The position numbers were made by a program, and so were the translations under genes. A stretch of 64,000 bases of DNA from an uncultured Pseudomonadota bacterium. Lineage in GTDB: Bacteria; Oederibacteriota; Muellerivitia; Muellerivitales; Muellerivitaceae. The notes beneath the pieces are model-generated. The model saw only the letters and a program-made list of their open reading frames with translations, did not search any database and was not told the DNA's origin. Below, piece by piece: positions 8,914-17,814 of this stretch; position 1 is the first letter of the stretch; every line of letters begins with the position of its first letter. The stretch is from assembly GCA_963770835.1 (NCBI GenBank), contig CAVYRH010000004.1:32001-96000 (forward strand), in the 5' to 3' direction.

Positions 8914-10176
8914 TTACTTAGTACTACCCGGCACCGAGCCCTCCGGATTGCCAGCGGGATCGGGAGTCGGTGTGGCAGCCGTGGGCACCATGGTAGGAAA
9001 TGGGGAGGATCCGGGGATAATAACCGGAACCATCGAGTCTTCCTGGGCGGAGGCCGGCGCCTTCCAATCGATTTCGGGAATTTTTCCTTGCACCAGTTTC
9101 AAGTTCGCTTTTTTCTTAGAGAGTTTCTTTAAATAAAGGTAAAACCTCGTTGCCGCTTCCTTGGTCATGGGCCGGGGGTCGAAGGTCACCTGGGCGTTAT
9201 AGACGTTCAGGGGCACGATTTTCCCGCCCAGCCACTTGCCCCTTTCCCCGAAACCGAGGAACAGGATGCCGCTCTGGCTGATGGCGGTCAGTGTGCCGAA
9301 GGCAAAGTTGCCGATGGCATAGGCGATGGGCTTGCCATGGTACACCTCCAGCTGCTGCCAGATATGGGGGTGGTGGCAGACAACAGCGTCGGCTCCCGCG
9401 TCGATAGCCAGGTGCGCCAGTTCGGGCTGGTAGCCGCGCAGCCGCGTGTGCTTTTCCTGACCCCAGTGGCAGCAGACGACCACCACATCCGCGCCCTGGA
9501 GCCGGGCCTTTTGGATGTCCTCCCGCATGTCAGGTCCGGAAGCCGCCGCACAGCCGGCGCGGTCCTCCCTGGCCCAATACTCGGTGGGGTAGGTGAGGGA
9601 ATAGGCCAGCACTGCCACCTTGTGACCCTTTACTTCGAACCAGGCGGGCTTTCGGGCCAAGGCGTCGTTCATGTCCGCCCCGCAATGCTTTAAGCCCTGG
9701 GTGTCCAGGGCCGAGAGGGTGGACTGGAGGGCCTCCACCCCGAAGTCCATGGTGTGGTTGTTGGCCAGTGTCAGCAGCTTGAAACCCGCGTGGGCCAGCC
9801 CCACGGCCGAGGAGGGGTCCACCAGGAAGTTGTACTTTTTATGGGGAAACTTTTCGCCGGCCGTGCCCAAAGGTCCTTCCAAGTTGCCCATGGCGATGTC
9901 GGCTTGTTTCAACAAGGGGGAGGTACGGGTGAAAAAAGAGTCGGGCCCCTCGGTTTTAAGTTTGTAGGCCGCCGAGCCGCCCATCATAATGTCACCGGTG
10001 AAGGCCAAGGTGATGGGAGTGTTGGAGACGGCCATGGGTGCCGGCGTGGGTGAAACGGTCGGGGCCGGTGCGGGTGGGACCTCCCCAGGTTTTTGGACAA
10101 GCTTTTGCACCGGTGCGCAACCACCCAGCACGAGCATCAGGGCGAAACCCAGCGTTAATGAGTGTCTCAAGGGCAT
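8914..10176 (-). CDS. CapA/PGA_cap family metallophosphoesterase-like lipoprotein
   Basis: Lipobox-like LGGC; FTGDIM, GNLEGP, LANNHTMD, CHWGQE, HHPH and YAIGNF motifs. Confidence 0.88.
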   Translation of the reverse strand: MPLRHSLTLGFALMLVLGGCAPVQKLVQKPGEVPPAPAPTVSPTPAPMAVSNTPITLAFTGDIMMGGSAAYKLKTEGPDSFFTRTSPLLKQADIAMGNLEGPLGTAGEKFPHKKYNFLVDPSSAVGLAHAGFKLLTLANNHTMDFGVEALQSTLSALDTQGLKHCGADMNDALARKPAWFEVKGHKVAVLAYSLTYPTEYWAREDRAGCAAASGPDMREDIQKARLQGADVVVVCCHWGQEKHTRLRGYQPELAHLAIDAGADAVVCHHPHIWQQLEVYHGKPIAYAIGNFAFGTLTAISQSGILFLGFGERGKWLGGKIVPLNVYNAQVTFDPRPMTKEAATRFYLYLKKLSKKKANLKLVQGKIPEIDWKAPASAQEDSMVPVIIPGSSPFPTMVPTAATPTPDPAGNPEGSVPGSTK

Positions 10177-10194
10177 GGGCAGTATTCTAACTTC

Positions 10195-10297
10195 AATTTT
10201 GAGTTATGAATTTTGAATTTTGAATTTTTGTCAATTTCCTTTCGGGAAAGCGAAAGGAAATTTCCACCATAATTGAGAATTAAACATTAAGAATTCG
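10195..10297. repeat. Inverted heptamer tandem repeats (AATTTTG-type)
   Basis: AATTTTG AGTTATG AATTTTG AATTTTG on the left; complementary-type CATAATT GAGAATT AAACATT AAGAATT on the right. Confidence 0.6.
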
Positions 10298-10308
10298 CGG
10301 AGTGAATA

Positions 10309-11373
10309 GTGAAACAACCGAACCGCCGGGTCATGATCATTCTTTCCCTTTTTCTGGTGGGAATCATGGTGCTGGCCATGGGTATGGCCTTTTTCAGCGA
10401 CGGCCACAAGCTTTTGGACGCCATCCACCACATCCACGCCGAACAGATGCTCTTTGCCCTGCTTTGCACGGGCATCGCCTACCTGGCCTTCACCCTTTCC
10501 TTCAACGGCCTCTTCGAAATGACGCCCTACCGGGTGCCCTTCAACCGGTTTTTCTCCATCATGTTCATTTCTTATACGATCAACTTCATCGTTTCGACCG
10601 GTGGCTGGGCGGGCATCGCCTTGAGAAGCTATCTTCTGCGGTTCGAAAAAGTTCCCTATTCGGTGACCATTCCCATTTCCGCGGCCCAGAACATGGTTTT
10701 TAACATCGTCCTGGCCTGCGTTTCCTTCGGCGGCCTTATCTACCTGCGGGAACACCCTGAATTCGTGACCGGGCCTTGGCAGGACGTGGTCCTGGCCGTC
10801 ATGCTGGGCTTGGTGGCCTTGGTGGCCCTCATGCTGCTCTTGTTCTTCAATCAGCGGATCCGCAAGTGGTTCCTGAGGATCGTCATCCGCTTTGGGGATT
10901 GGCTGGGGCGGACTTTCTTCAGGAAAAATACCAGCCACCAGCGCCTGGTGGAAATCCGCAACAACCTGGAAGAAACTATCCAATTCCTGCACCGGGGCTG
11001 GGTCCAGCTTTTGGTGGTGACCTTTTGGGTGGCCATGGACTGGGGCTTCCAGGCCCTGGCCCTCTTCTTCTGCTTCCGCGCCGTAGGGCTTGACCTGCCC
11101 TTAGGGCTCCTCCTGGTCGGTTTTATGGTGATGAACCTGACCTCCAACTTCAACCCGGTGCCCGCCGGCTTGGGGATCAGCGAGGCTCTCTTGGCCGGGA
11201 CTTTCAAACTGCTGGGGGTAGAGTTTGAAAAGGCAGTAGTGGCCGCCCTGTTATTCCGCTTTGTTTTCTTCCTCTTACCCATGGCGGTTTCCACGGCCCT
11301 TTACCTGGATACCATGCGGACCTTCCTGAAAAAGGAAGATGCTATCGAGGATGCGGTCAAAAGCCGGTCATAA
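10309..11373 (+). CDS. Lysylphosphatidylglycerol synthase TM / flippase-like protein
   Basis: Multi-TM protein with NPVPAGLGISEA and AALLFRFVFFLLP motifs. Confidence 0.8.
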   Translation: MKQPNRRVMIILSLFLVGIMVLAMGMAFFSDGHKLLDAIHHIHAEQMLFALLCTGIAYLAFTLSFNGLFEMTPYRVPFNRFFSIMFISYTINFIVSTGGWAGIALRSYLLRFEKVPYSVTIPISAAQNMVFNIVLACVSFGGLIYLREHPEFVTGPWQDVVLAVMLGLVALVALMLLLFFNQRIRKWFLRIVIRFGDWLGRTFFRKNTSHQRLVEIRNNLEETIQFLHRGWVQLLVVTFWVAMDWGFQALALFFCFRAVGLDLPLGLLLVGFMVMNLTSNFNPVPAGLGISEALLAGTFKLLGVEFEKAVVAALLFRFVFFLLPMAVSTALYLDTMRTFLKKEDAIEDAVKSRS

Positions 11374-11462
11374 AACCCTTATGGGTTTAAATTCTTAAAA
11401 TCCACTAAATCCGAATAAAAAGCCTCCAAAATAGGGTTCCACCCCGAGGGTGTAACTTTTTA

Positions 11463-11491
11463 TTGACTTGATCCATATCGACTAATATAAT
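11463..11491 (+). promoter_or_regulatory. Sigma70-type promoter overlapped by a HAIR-like sequence
   Basis: TTGACT-17 bp-TATAAT; CTTGATC-N7-ACTAATA at 11467-11487. Confidence 0.7.
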
Positions 11492-11563
11492 CTGTTTTAT
11501 AAAAGACAGATTAAGTATAACCTAATGAATAGGTTTTATAAGTAGTTTGAAAAGGAGAGAGCC

Positions 11564-12415
11564 ATGGAAAAGTTACCATTCTTCAGCGAAGAGAAATCAG
11601 TGGGGACCTACCTCAAGGAAATCGCCCGAGTGCCTCTTTTAACCCCCGAAGAGGAAAAGAAGGTCAGCCGCGCGGCCAAAAAAGGGGATCAACAGGCCCT
11701 AACCCGGATGGTGGAATCCAACCTGCGTTTCGTGGTTTCCATCGCCAAGGGCTACCGCAACCGGGGGCTTTCGTTCCTCGACCTCATTAATGAGGGCAAT
11801 TTGGGATTGATGAAGGCCGCCCGAACTTTCGACCCCGAAAGGGGCGTGCGGTTCGTTTCCTACGCCGTGTGGTGGATACGCCAATCCATTTTGGCGGCCA
11901 TCCTGGACAAGGCGGATATGGTGCGCATCCCCCAAAGCCAGACCAAGAAGATCCGCAAGATCAACAAGCAGATGGAAGCCATGCGGCAGAAAGCCGGCGG
12001 GCCGGTGAGCGATAGCGAGGTCATGAAAAAGGCCGACATCAGCCGGGAGACGCTGGACGAGGTCCAGCAGTTCTCCCACGGTTACATGAGCCTGGACACC
12101 ACCCGGGTGGGGGACAGCGAAAAGCCCATCATCGAATTCCTGCGCGATCCCAAGGACCAGGACAGCTTCGAAAAGGCCTTGATGGACAAGGACCTAACGG
12201 AGAAACTGCAGAAGGCCTTGGGTATCCTGGAGCATCGGGACGAGAAGATTCTCACCTGGCGCTACGGCTTGGACGGCAAGGGAGGCCAGACCCTGGATGA
12301 GATCGGGAAGCGCCTGAACATCTCCAAGGAAAGGGTGCGCCAGATCGAGGAGCGGGCCATGAAGAAAATCCGCGCCTCCAAGGCAGCGGACAACCTGAAG
12401 GATTACGTGGCGTAA
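11564..12415 (+). CDS. RNA polymerase sigma factor, RpoD/RpoH-like, lacking region 1.1
   Basis: YLKEIARVPLLT, NLRFVVSIAK, DLINEGNLGL, FVSYAVWWIRQ and TLDEIG...SKERVRQIE motifs. Confidence 0.95.
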   Translation: MEKLPFFSEEKSVGTYLKEIARVPLLTPEEEKKVSRAAKKGDQQALTRMVESNLRFVVSIAKGYRNRGLSFLDLINEGNLGLMKAARTFDPERGVRFVSYAVWWIRQSILAAILDKADMVRIPQSQTKKIRKINKQMEAMRQKAGGPVSDSEVMKKADISRETLDEVQQFSHGYMSLDTTRVGDSEKPIIEFLRDPKDQDSFEKALMDKDLTEKLQKALGILEHRDEKILTWRYGLDGKGGQTLDEIGKRLNISKERVRQIEERAMKKIRASKAADNLKDYVA

Positions 12416-12487
12416 AATATCCGAAGATTGTCCGTTCGCGCCTGGATTCCGGCAGGTAAGGGGCGCTGAGCGGCCAAGGGGAAAAAA

Positions 12488-12805
12488 ATGGAAGTCGGTC
12501 CGGAACATCCGGTTTATACCATCAGTGTGGTGGCCCAACTGCTGGGGCTGCATGAGCAGACCATCCGCCAATACGAGCGGTTGGGGCTCATCAACCCCTG
12601 CCGGACCATCCGCAAGACGCGGCTTTATTCGCAAAACGACATCGAACGGCTCGAATGCATCAATTACCTCGTCAGAACCTGCGGGGTCAATCTTTCGGGC
12701 GTGAAAATCGTGATCACCTTGTCGTGCCAGCACCCGGAGATCGAACAACTCCTGAAATCCAGGAGGATTCATCCCCAGAACCTGGAAGGACCTTCCGAGA
12801 TTTGA
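12488..12805 (+). CDS. MerR-family regulator, HspR-like
   Basis: PVYTISVVAQLLGLHEQTIRQYERLGLI, RLYSQNDIERL and GVNLSGVK motifs. Confidence 0.85.
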   Translation: MEVGPEHPVYTISVVAQLLGLHEQTIRQYERLGLINPCRTIRKTRLYSQNDIERLECINYLVRTCGVNLSGVKIVITLSCQHPEIEQLLKSRRIHPQNLEGPSEI

Positions 12806-12839
12806 GTTCGGTTTATCATTGAAAGTGGGAGGCAGTGCC

Positions 12840-14390
12840 ATGTCCAATTTTAAAATTTCCAGTTACGGCCGTTCGGCCTGGCTGAAGGGCGTGCGGTTTT
12901 TCGCCGCGGCCGCCTTGGCCTTTTCCGGCCTTATCCCCGTTTTGGCCTCGGCCGCCGAGTTGAAGCTGCCCACTGAGGAAGCGGCGCCGGTCAGCGCCGC
13001 CAACAGCGCCGCCCTGGCCCTGCAAAACGCCTTCATCGACGTGGCCGCCAAGGTGAGCCCGGCGGTGGTCAATATTAGCTCCGAGTGGACCGAAGATGTG
13101 CGGGGGATGAATGATTTCGGCAATATGAACGACTTTTTTAATTATTGGTTTTACGGGCCCCACGGCCAGCCGAACCAACGCATGATGAAACAAAAACAGC
13201 GCAGCCTGGGGTCGGGGTTCCTCATCACTGACGACGGCTACATCGTGACCAACGCCCATGTGGTAGGCAAGGCCGAGAAAGTGACCGTCACCTTCGAGGA
13301 CGGCACCACTTACCCCGCCAAGATCGTGGGCAAGGATGAGAAGGTGGACATCGCCGTGGTGAAGATCTCCGACGGCAAGAAGACATTCCCGTACGCCATC
13401 CTGGGCGACTCGGATGCCCTCAAGGTCGGGCAATGGGCCATCGCTATCGGCAATCCCTTCGCCCTGGACCACACGGTGACCACGGGTGTCATTTCCGCCA
13501 AGGGCCGCAGCGTGGAGGTCAGCCAGGACCAGGGCATCCAGAACTACATCCAAACCGACGCTTCCATCAACCCGGGCAATTCGGGCGGGCCCCTTTGTGA
13601 CATCGAAGGCCGCGTCATCGGCATCAACAGCGCCATTTACAGCCAATCGGGAGGATCGGTAGGCATCGGCTTTGCCATCCCTTCCAACATCGCCCGCAAG
13701 GCCGCCGAAGACCTGGTCAATAACGGAAAGATCATTCGCGCCGGGCTGGGCTGCATCGTGCAGGGATTAAGTCCCCAAATGGCCAAGAGCTTCGGGCTTA
13801 GCACCACGGAAGGCGCCCTATTGTCGGAGATCAATCCCGACAGCGCGGCGCAAAAGGCGGGCTTGAAGGCGGGGGACATCGTCCTGGCCGTCAATGGGGA
13901 AAAAATCATCAGCTCAGGAGATTTGGTGGCCAAACTTTACACCCACAGCCCGGGGGAAACAGTGGAACTCACCATCCTCAGGAACGGCGCCCAAAGCACC
14001 GTGCCCGTCACCCTGCAGGAACTCAAAGAAACCGCCGCCAAGCCTGGGGAACCTTCCGATGAGGACAACCGTGGAACGGCCCAGCCCGGTCAAGGCCAAA
14101 ACGACAACCTGGGCTTCAGCTTCCAGGACCAAACCCCGGACATCGTCAGCCAGCTTCCGGCTGGGGCCCCCAAAGGCCCGGTGGTGACCAATGTCATCCA
14201 ACAAGGCCCGGCGGCCCAGGCGGGCCTGCAGGCCGGCGACGTGGTGATAAAAGTCGGCAACACGGCCATCGTCTCGGCCCGGCAGCTCGCGGTCGTGCTG
14301 AAGAAGAGCGACCTGAAGAGCGGCGTAAGGCTTTATCTATGGCGCGACGGCACCAACTTGTTCGCTTTCCTGCAGTCAGGGGACGAGTAA
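12840..14390 (+). CDS. Do/DegP/HtrA family serine protease with two PDZ domains
   Basis: Signal peptide; GSGF, TNAHVV, DIAV and QTDASINPGNSGGPL motifs; two PDZ repeats. Confidence 0.95.
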   Translation: MSNFKISSYGRSAWLKGVRFFAAAALAFSGLIPVLASAAELKLPTEEAAPVSAANSAALALQNAFIDVAAKVSPAVVNISSEWTEDVRGMNDFGNMNDFFNYWFYGPHGQPNQRMMKQKQRSLGSGFLITDDGYIVTNAHVVGKAEKVTVTFEDGTTYPAKIVGKDEKVDIAVVKISDGKKTFPYAILGDSDALKVGQWAIAIGNPFALDHTVTTGVISAKGRSVEVSQDQGIQNYIQTDASINPGNSGGPLCDIEGRVIGINSAIYSQSGGSVGIGFAIPSNIARKAAEDLVNNGKIIRAGLGCIVQGLSPQMAKSFGLSTTEGALLSEINPDSAAQKAGLKAGDIVLAVNGEKIISSGDLVAKLYTHSPGETVELTILRNGAQSTVPVTLQELKETAAKPGEPSDEDNRGTAQPGQGQNDNLGFSFQDQTPDIVSQLPAGAPKGPVVTNVIQQGPAAQAGLQAGDVVIKVGNTAIVSARQLAVVLKKSDLKSGVRLYLWRDGTNLFAFLQSGDE

Positions 14391-14427
14391 TAACACCCAG
14401 TTCTATTTAGTCGTTTCAAGCATGATC

Positions 14428-14457
14428 AAAGCCCCGGTGAAGAAACCGGGGCTTTTT
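14428..14457 (+). terminator. Rho-independent terminator
   Basis: AAAGCCCCGGT-GAAGAA-ACCGGGGCTTTTT. Confidence 0.85.
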
Positions 14458-14586
14458 CTTTTTCCTCGGAGGAACCCGACCCGGTTGCGATACGACTAAA
14501 TTTGGTCCAATCTTGTCTTGAAACCTCGATGGCCCCCTGGTTACAATTTTTCCTCCCCCGCTTGAAGGCGGAAGGAAAGAGGGCCC

Positions 14587-15567
14587 ATGTACCTGAACTA
14601 CCGCTTAACCGTCCCCGACGACCTGGAAGCCTGCTACCCCTTCATCCGCGACCGCTTTCATTACGATGAGCGGTTGAAAAAAGACGTTCTCTCCCTTTGG
14701 AAAACCCTCATTGGGGATGGTTGCTGTATTTCCCAGGTCATCGAAGACCGGGACCAGCCCGTGGACAAGCGCCACGTGGGTTTCGGCATCAGCATGTTCG
14801 CCACCGACCGCTTCATGGAGGAGGCCAAGACAACCCTTCCCCCCTTTACCCACCTAAGGGTGCTGGAAAAATGGAAGCGCGGCATCCGGCCATTCCTTAA
14901 GAAAGCCGACGTGACTCCCGCCCAAACGGGCCGGGGCCTGAACGTGGTGGCCCTTCACTACGGCTGGGATTTCCAACGATACGACCTGGAAAACTACATC
15001 AAGATCCGGCAGTTTTGCACCCAAGCCTTCCTGACCCTGGTCTCCGGTTACCGGGTGAAGGAATTCGCCGAGGAAGTCTACGAGGTCGAGGAAAGGGAAC
15101 TTATCACCAACCTGGGCTGCGACACCTACCGCGATTACAAGGAGTTCCTGGGTACCAAATACCTGCCTCCCGCCATGGACAAGGGCCATCCTTTTCTCAT
15201 GGGTATCACCGCCGAAGCCGCCCGGAAAAAACCCGGCACCGCCGCCGCGGCCATTGCCTTGCTGGGGTCCCCCCGGTTCAACTTCCAGCCTGCGGAGCAG
15301 GAAATCCTCAAGCGCGCCCTCCTGGGCGAAACCGACGAGGAGATCGCCGCGGCCCTGGGTATCTCGCTCATCACGGTGAAAAAACGCTGGCAAGGAATCT
15401 ACGACAAGGTGGCGGCGGTGGATTCGGAACTGCTGGCCGAGGCCTCCGAAGAAAGCAATGAAAGCGGGAAGATCAAACAGCGCCGCCGTTACCTGCTGAA
15501 GAATCTGCGCGACCATCCCGAGGAACTCTGGCCCGCCGTGGCTTCCGGCGCCGCCGAGGGCTCCTAG
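14587..15567 (+). CDS. Putative regulator: unassigned N-terminal domain plus C-terminal LuxR/sigma4-like HTH
   Basis: FQPAEQEILKRALLGETDEEIAAALGISLITVKKRWQGIYDK. Confidence 0.7.
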   Translation: MYLNYRLTVPDDLEACYPFIRDRFHYDERLKKDVLSLWKTLIGDGCCISQVIEDRDQPVDKRHVGFGISMFATDRFMEEAKTTLPPFTHLRVLEKWKRGIRPFLKKADVTPAQTGRGLNVVALHYGWDFQRYDLENYIKIRQFCTQAFLTLVSGYRVKEFAEEVYEVEERELITNLGCDTYRDYKEFLGTKYLPPAMDKGHPFLMGITAEAARKKPGTAAAAIALLGSPRFNFQPAEQEILKRALLGETDEEIAAALGISLITVKKRWQGIYDKVAAVDSELLAEASEESNESGKIKQRRRYLLKNLRDHPEELWPAVASGAAEGS

Positions 15568-15624
15568 CCTCTTTCCTTCAGGCCCCATAGGGTCGTTTTT
15601 CCGCCCCAAAATAAATTCCGGAAT

Positions 15625-15641
15625 TTATACCAAAGGTATAA
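15625..15641. promoter_or_regulatory. Palindrome, candidate operator
   Basis: TTATACC-AAA-GGTATAA between the HTH gene and the STAS gene. Confidence 0.5.
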
Positions 15642-15731
15642 GACCTTTTTGACCTTTCCCGACAGAATGCGCCTCCATCAGGGGCTTGCGGCGAATTTGC
15701 TGATCCCCTGAAAATCAAAAAGGAGGCCGTT

Positions 15732-16124
15732 ATGAAACCAGTTTCAGTCCAAATCGCCTATGACAACCAATACCCCGACTTCATCACCCTAAGGATCGAA
15801 GGGGAGATCCGGATCGGGACCTTGGAGCCCATCGAGAAGAACCTGGAGAACATCTATCCCGTCTGCAAGGGAAAGAAAGTCCTCTTCGATTTGACGGGAG
15901 TGACTTTCGTTAGCAGCACCGGATGGAGCATGTTCCTGACCGCCTGCAAGCGCATTGTGGAAGAGGGGGGAAGATTTCTCCTGACCGGAATGAACACCGA
16001 GGTCCACGATGCCTTCGAACTTTTGGAGTTCCAGGAATTTATGGAAAACTATCCCACTCCAGCCGCGGCTTTGCAGGAAGCCCTGGAGGAAGACCTTCTT
16101 CTGCGGGAAAAGTTCCAGCGGTAG
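15732..16124 (+). CDS. STAS-domain anti-sigma factor antagonist
   Basis: AGGAGG RBS; DLTGVTFVSSTG motif. Confidence 0.85.
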   Translation: MKPVSVQIAYDNQYPDFITLRIEGEIRIGTLEPIEKNLENIYPVCKGKKVLFDLTGVTFVSSTGWSMFLTACKRIVEEGGRFLLTGMNTEVHDAFELLEFQEFMENYPTPAAALQEALEEDLLLREKFQR

Positions 16125-16154
16125 AGAACGGGGTATTTTGATCCCCGGGAATTT

Positions 16155-16568
16155 TTATTTGAGGACGAACTGGAAGAAAAGAAGCAGCCAAATTACCGAA
16201 TTGCAAAGGTGCCCGGTCCAGCAGACACGACACTCCAGTTTGTCCCGGATAAGAATCCAGGCCAGAATGATGGTCATTAGGAACGCGAAGCTCGCGGCGG
16301 CAAAAAGAAGCCAGAAAGTCCAGTGGAGGACCAGCCCCGTACCCAGCAGGGGATAGTAAAAGACCCCTAAGAGGGAATTGGGAACGCCTAAAAGGGCGGC
16401 ATTCTTGGTGCGGAACAACACCTGGCAGCCGCCCGCCTCGAGGCGACAGATGTTGGGACCGGTCAGGAAAGCCGGCAAAGTTTTGTAGCGCCCATAAAGG
16501 GCGATAGCGGCGGCCAGCCAACCGGCTCCCAAAGCTAACCCTAAAAGAATATCCATTAGCCTCATCAT
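16155..16568 (-). CDS. Vitamin K epoxide reductase (VKOR) family protein
   Basis: Four TM helices; CRLEAGGC loop cysteines, LLGVPNS and CRVC redox motif. Confidence 0.85.
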   Translation of the reverse strand: MMRLMDILLGLALGAGWLAAAIALYGRYKTLPAFLTGPNICRLEAGGCQVLFRTKNAALLGVPNSLLGVFYYPLLGTGLVLHWTFWLLFAAASFAFLMTIILAWILIRDKLECRVCWTGHLCNSVIWLLLFFQFVLK

Positions 16569-16578
16569 AAGCCTGCTC

Positions 16579-17112
16579 CTAAGCTTTTTTCACCACGGCC
16601 TTCCGCTGCCGGGGCCCCCAGTTGAAAATCCATTGGATCCAGGGAAGCAGGGGATGGCCCGCCACCTTATTCATAAAGAAAAGCTCGTGGTCCCGTTCGG
16701 CTGCGGTCATGGCGTGGAGTTCCCGGGCCATTTCCTTGAAGCCCAGGGCCCGGGCGTGGAAGGCGGCGTCCTCATATTGGTCCACGTTGCCGAACTCCAG
16801 GCGCCCCGCGAAATACATGGGGAAAAACCAGCCCGTGTAAGGGCAAAGGGCCCCCAGGGTGGCCCCGATGGTTCCGATCGCCAGCTCCAGGGGAAGGAAG
16901 GGCTTCGCGCGAAGCTCCGTCAGCATTCGCCGGACAGCCGCGCGGTGCACCCATTCTTCCTTTTCAATGCGACTGATGCCCTCCACTTCGTCCGGGGCGG
17001 TGACGGCCTGCCAATGACCGTGATAGGCCCGGGCCGCTCCCAGCTCCCCGGCGTGGGCGTATTGGAGGATTTTCACCAGCTTCTTTAAGTGAAGTTCCCT
17101 TTCCATTTTCAT
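16579..17112 (-). CDS. Coq7-like ferritin-fold diiron protein
   Basis: AHAGELGAARAY, EEWVH and AERDHE (E...ExxH pairs). Confidence 0.75.
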   Translation of the reverse strand: MKMERELHLKKLVKILQYAHAGELGAARAYHGHWQAVTAPDEVEGISRIEKEEWVHRAAVRRMLTELRAKPFLPLELAIGTIGATLGALCPYTGWFFPMYFAGRLEFGNVDQYEDAAFHARALGFKEMARELHAMTAAERDHELFFMNKVAGHPLLPWIQWIFNWGPRQRKAVVKKA

Positions 17113-17131
17113 GGCCGCCTTTCACACTATT

Positions 17132-17197
17132 TTTGAACACGTTCAAATTATCACTTGACGCGGGAAGAGTGTCAAGCTAAAATTTGAACGTGTTCAA
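17132..17197. promoter_or_regulatory. Symmetric divergent promoter with two TetR-type operators
   Basis: TTGAACACGTTCAA (17133-17146) and TTGAACGTGTTCAA (17184-17197) flank opposed TTGAC / GTCAA boxes. Confidence 0.75.
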
Positions 17198-17214
17198 TTA
17201 CTGAAGGAGAGGCC

Positions 17215-17814
17215 ATGAGGATCATCTTCGGAAAATTCAATTTGGAAGACCCCAAGGTTCGGCAGGATTGGGGAGGACGGGCCTCCTCCGCCGACCTTAG
17301 GTTCCGGGGGAAGGGAAAACACGACCGTTACGACCTGGACCTGCCCCGGCCCACTACATGGTCCCCGGCGGAACTATTCCAGTGGGCGACCGGAGAAGTG
17401 GCTGGATACCGCGCCTTCCCACCCGGCCGGATGAAGGCCCTGGTGGACGCCCCGGGGGGCCGGGTGGCGAAGGGGGCAACCATCCTCCAGGGTGTCTTTG
17501 TCGGCCCTTTCCGTTTGCGGATGGCGGACCGGGTTTTGGATGTTTTTGAGGGGGAGAATGAAAAGGAAAAATGGTCGGGGTTCACCTACGGCACGCTCCA
17601 AGGCCACGCCGAAAGGGGGATCGAAACCTTCCGGGTGGCCTGGGACAAGGCTTCGGGAAAGGTTCACTTTTCCATGGAAGCCTGGTCCAATCCCGGCCAT
17701 TGGCTGGTGTGGATCTTCTATCCCTGGGCGCGTTGGGTGCAGAAGAAGGCGGGGAGGGAAGCAATAGGATACATGAAAGAGCGTTTGGAAAATTTGAAAG
17801 GCGGTGGCGCATGA
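17215..17814 (+). CDS. DUF1990 family protein
   Basis: GFTYGTLQGHAERGIETF motif. Confidence 0.8.
   Translation: MRIIFGKFNLEDPKVRQDWGGRASSADLRFRGKGKHDRYDLDLPRPTTWSPAELFQWATGEVAGYRAFPPGRMKALVDAPGGRVAKGATILQGVFVGPFRLRMADRVLDVFEGENEKEKWSGFTYGTLQGHAERGIETFRVAWDKASGKVHFSMEAWSNPGHWLVWIFYPWARWVQKKAGREAIGYMKERLENLKGGGA

Noticed and set aside
15677..15712. Riboswitch upstream of the STAS gene
   Set aside because: Only a simple hairpin; no aptamer consensus recognised. An Rfam scan would decide.
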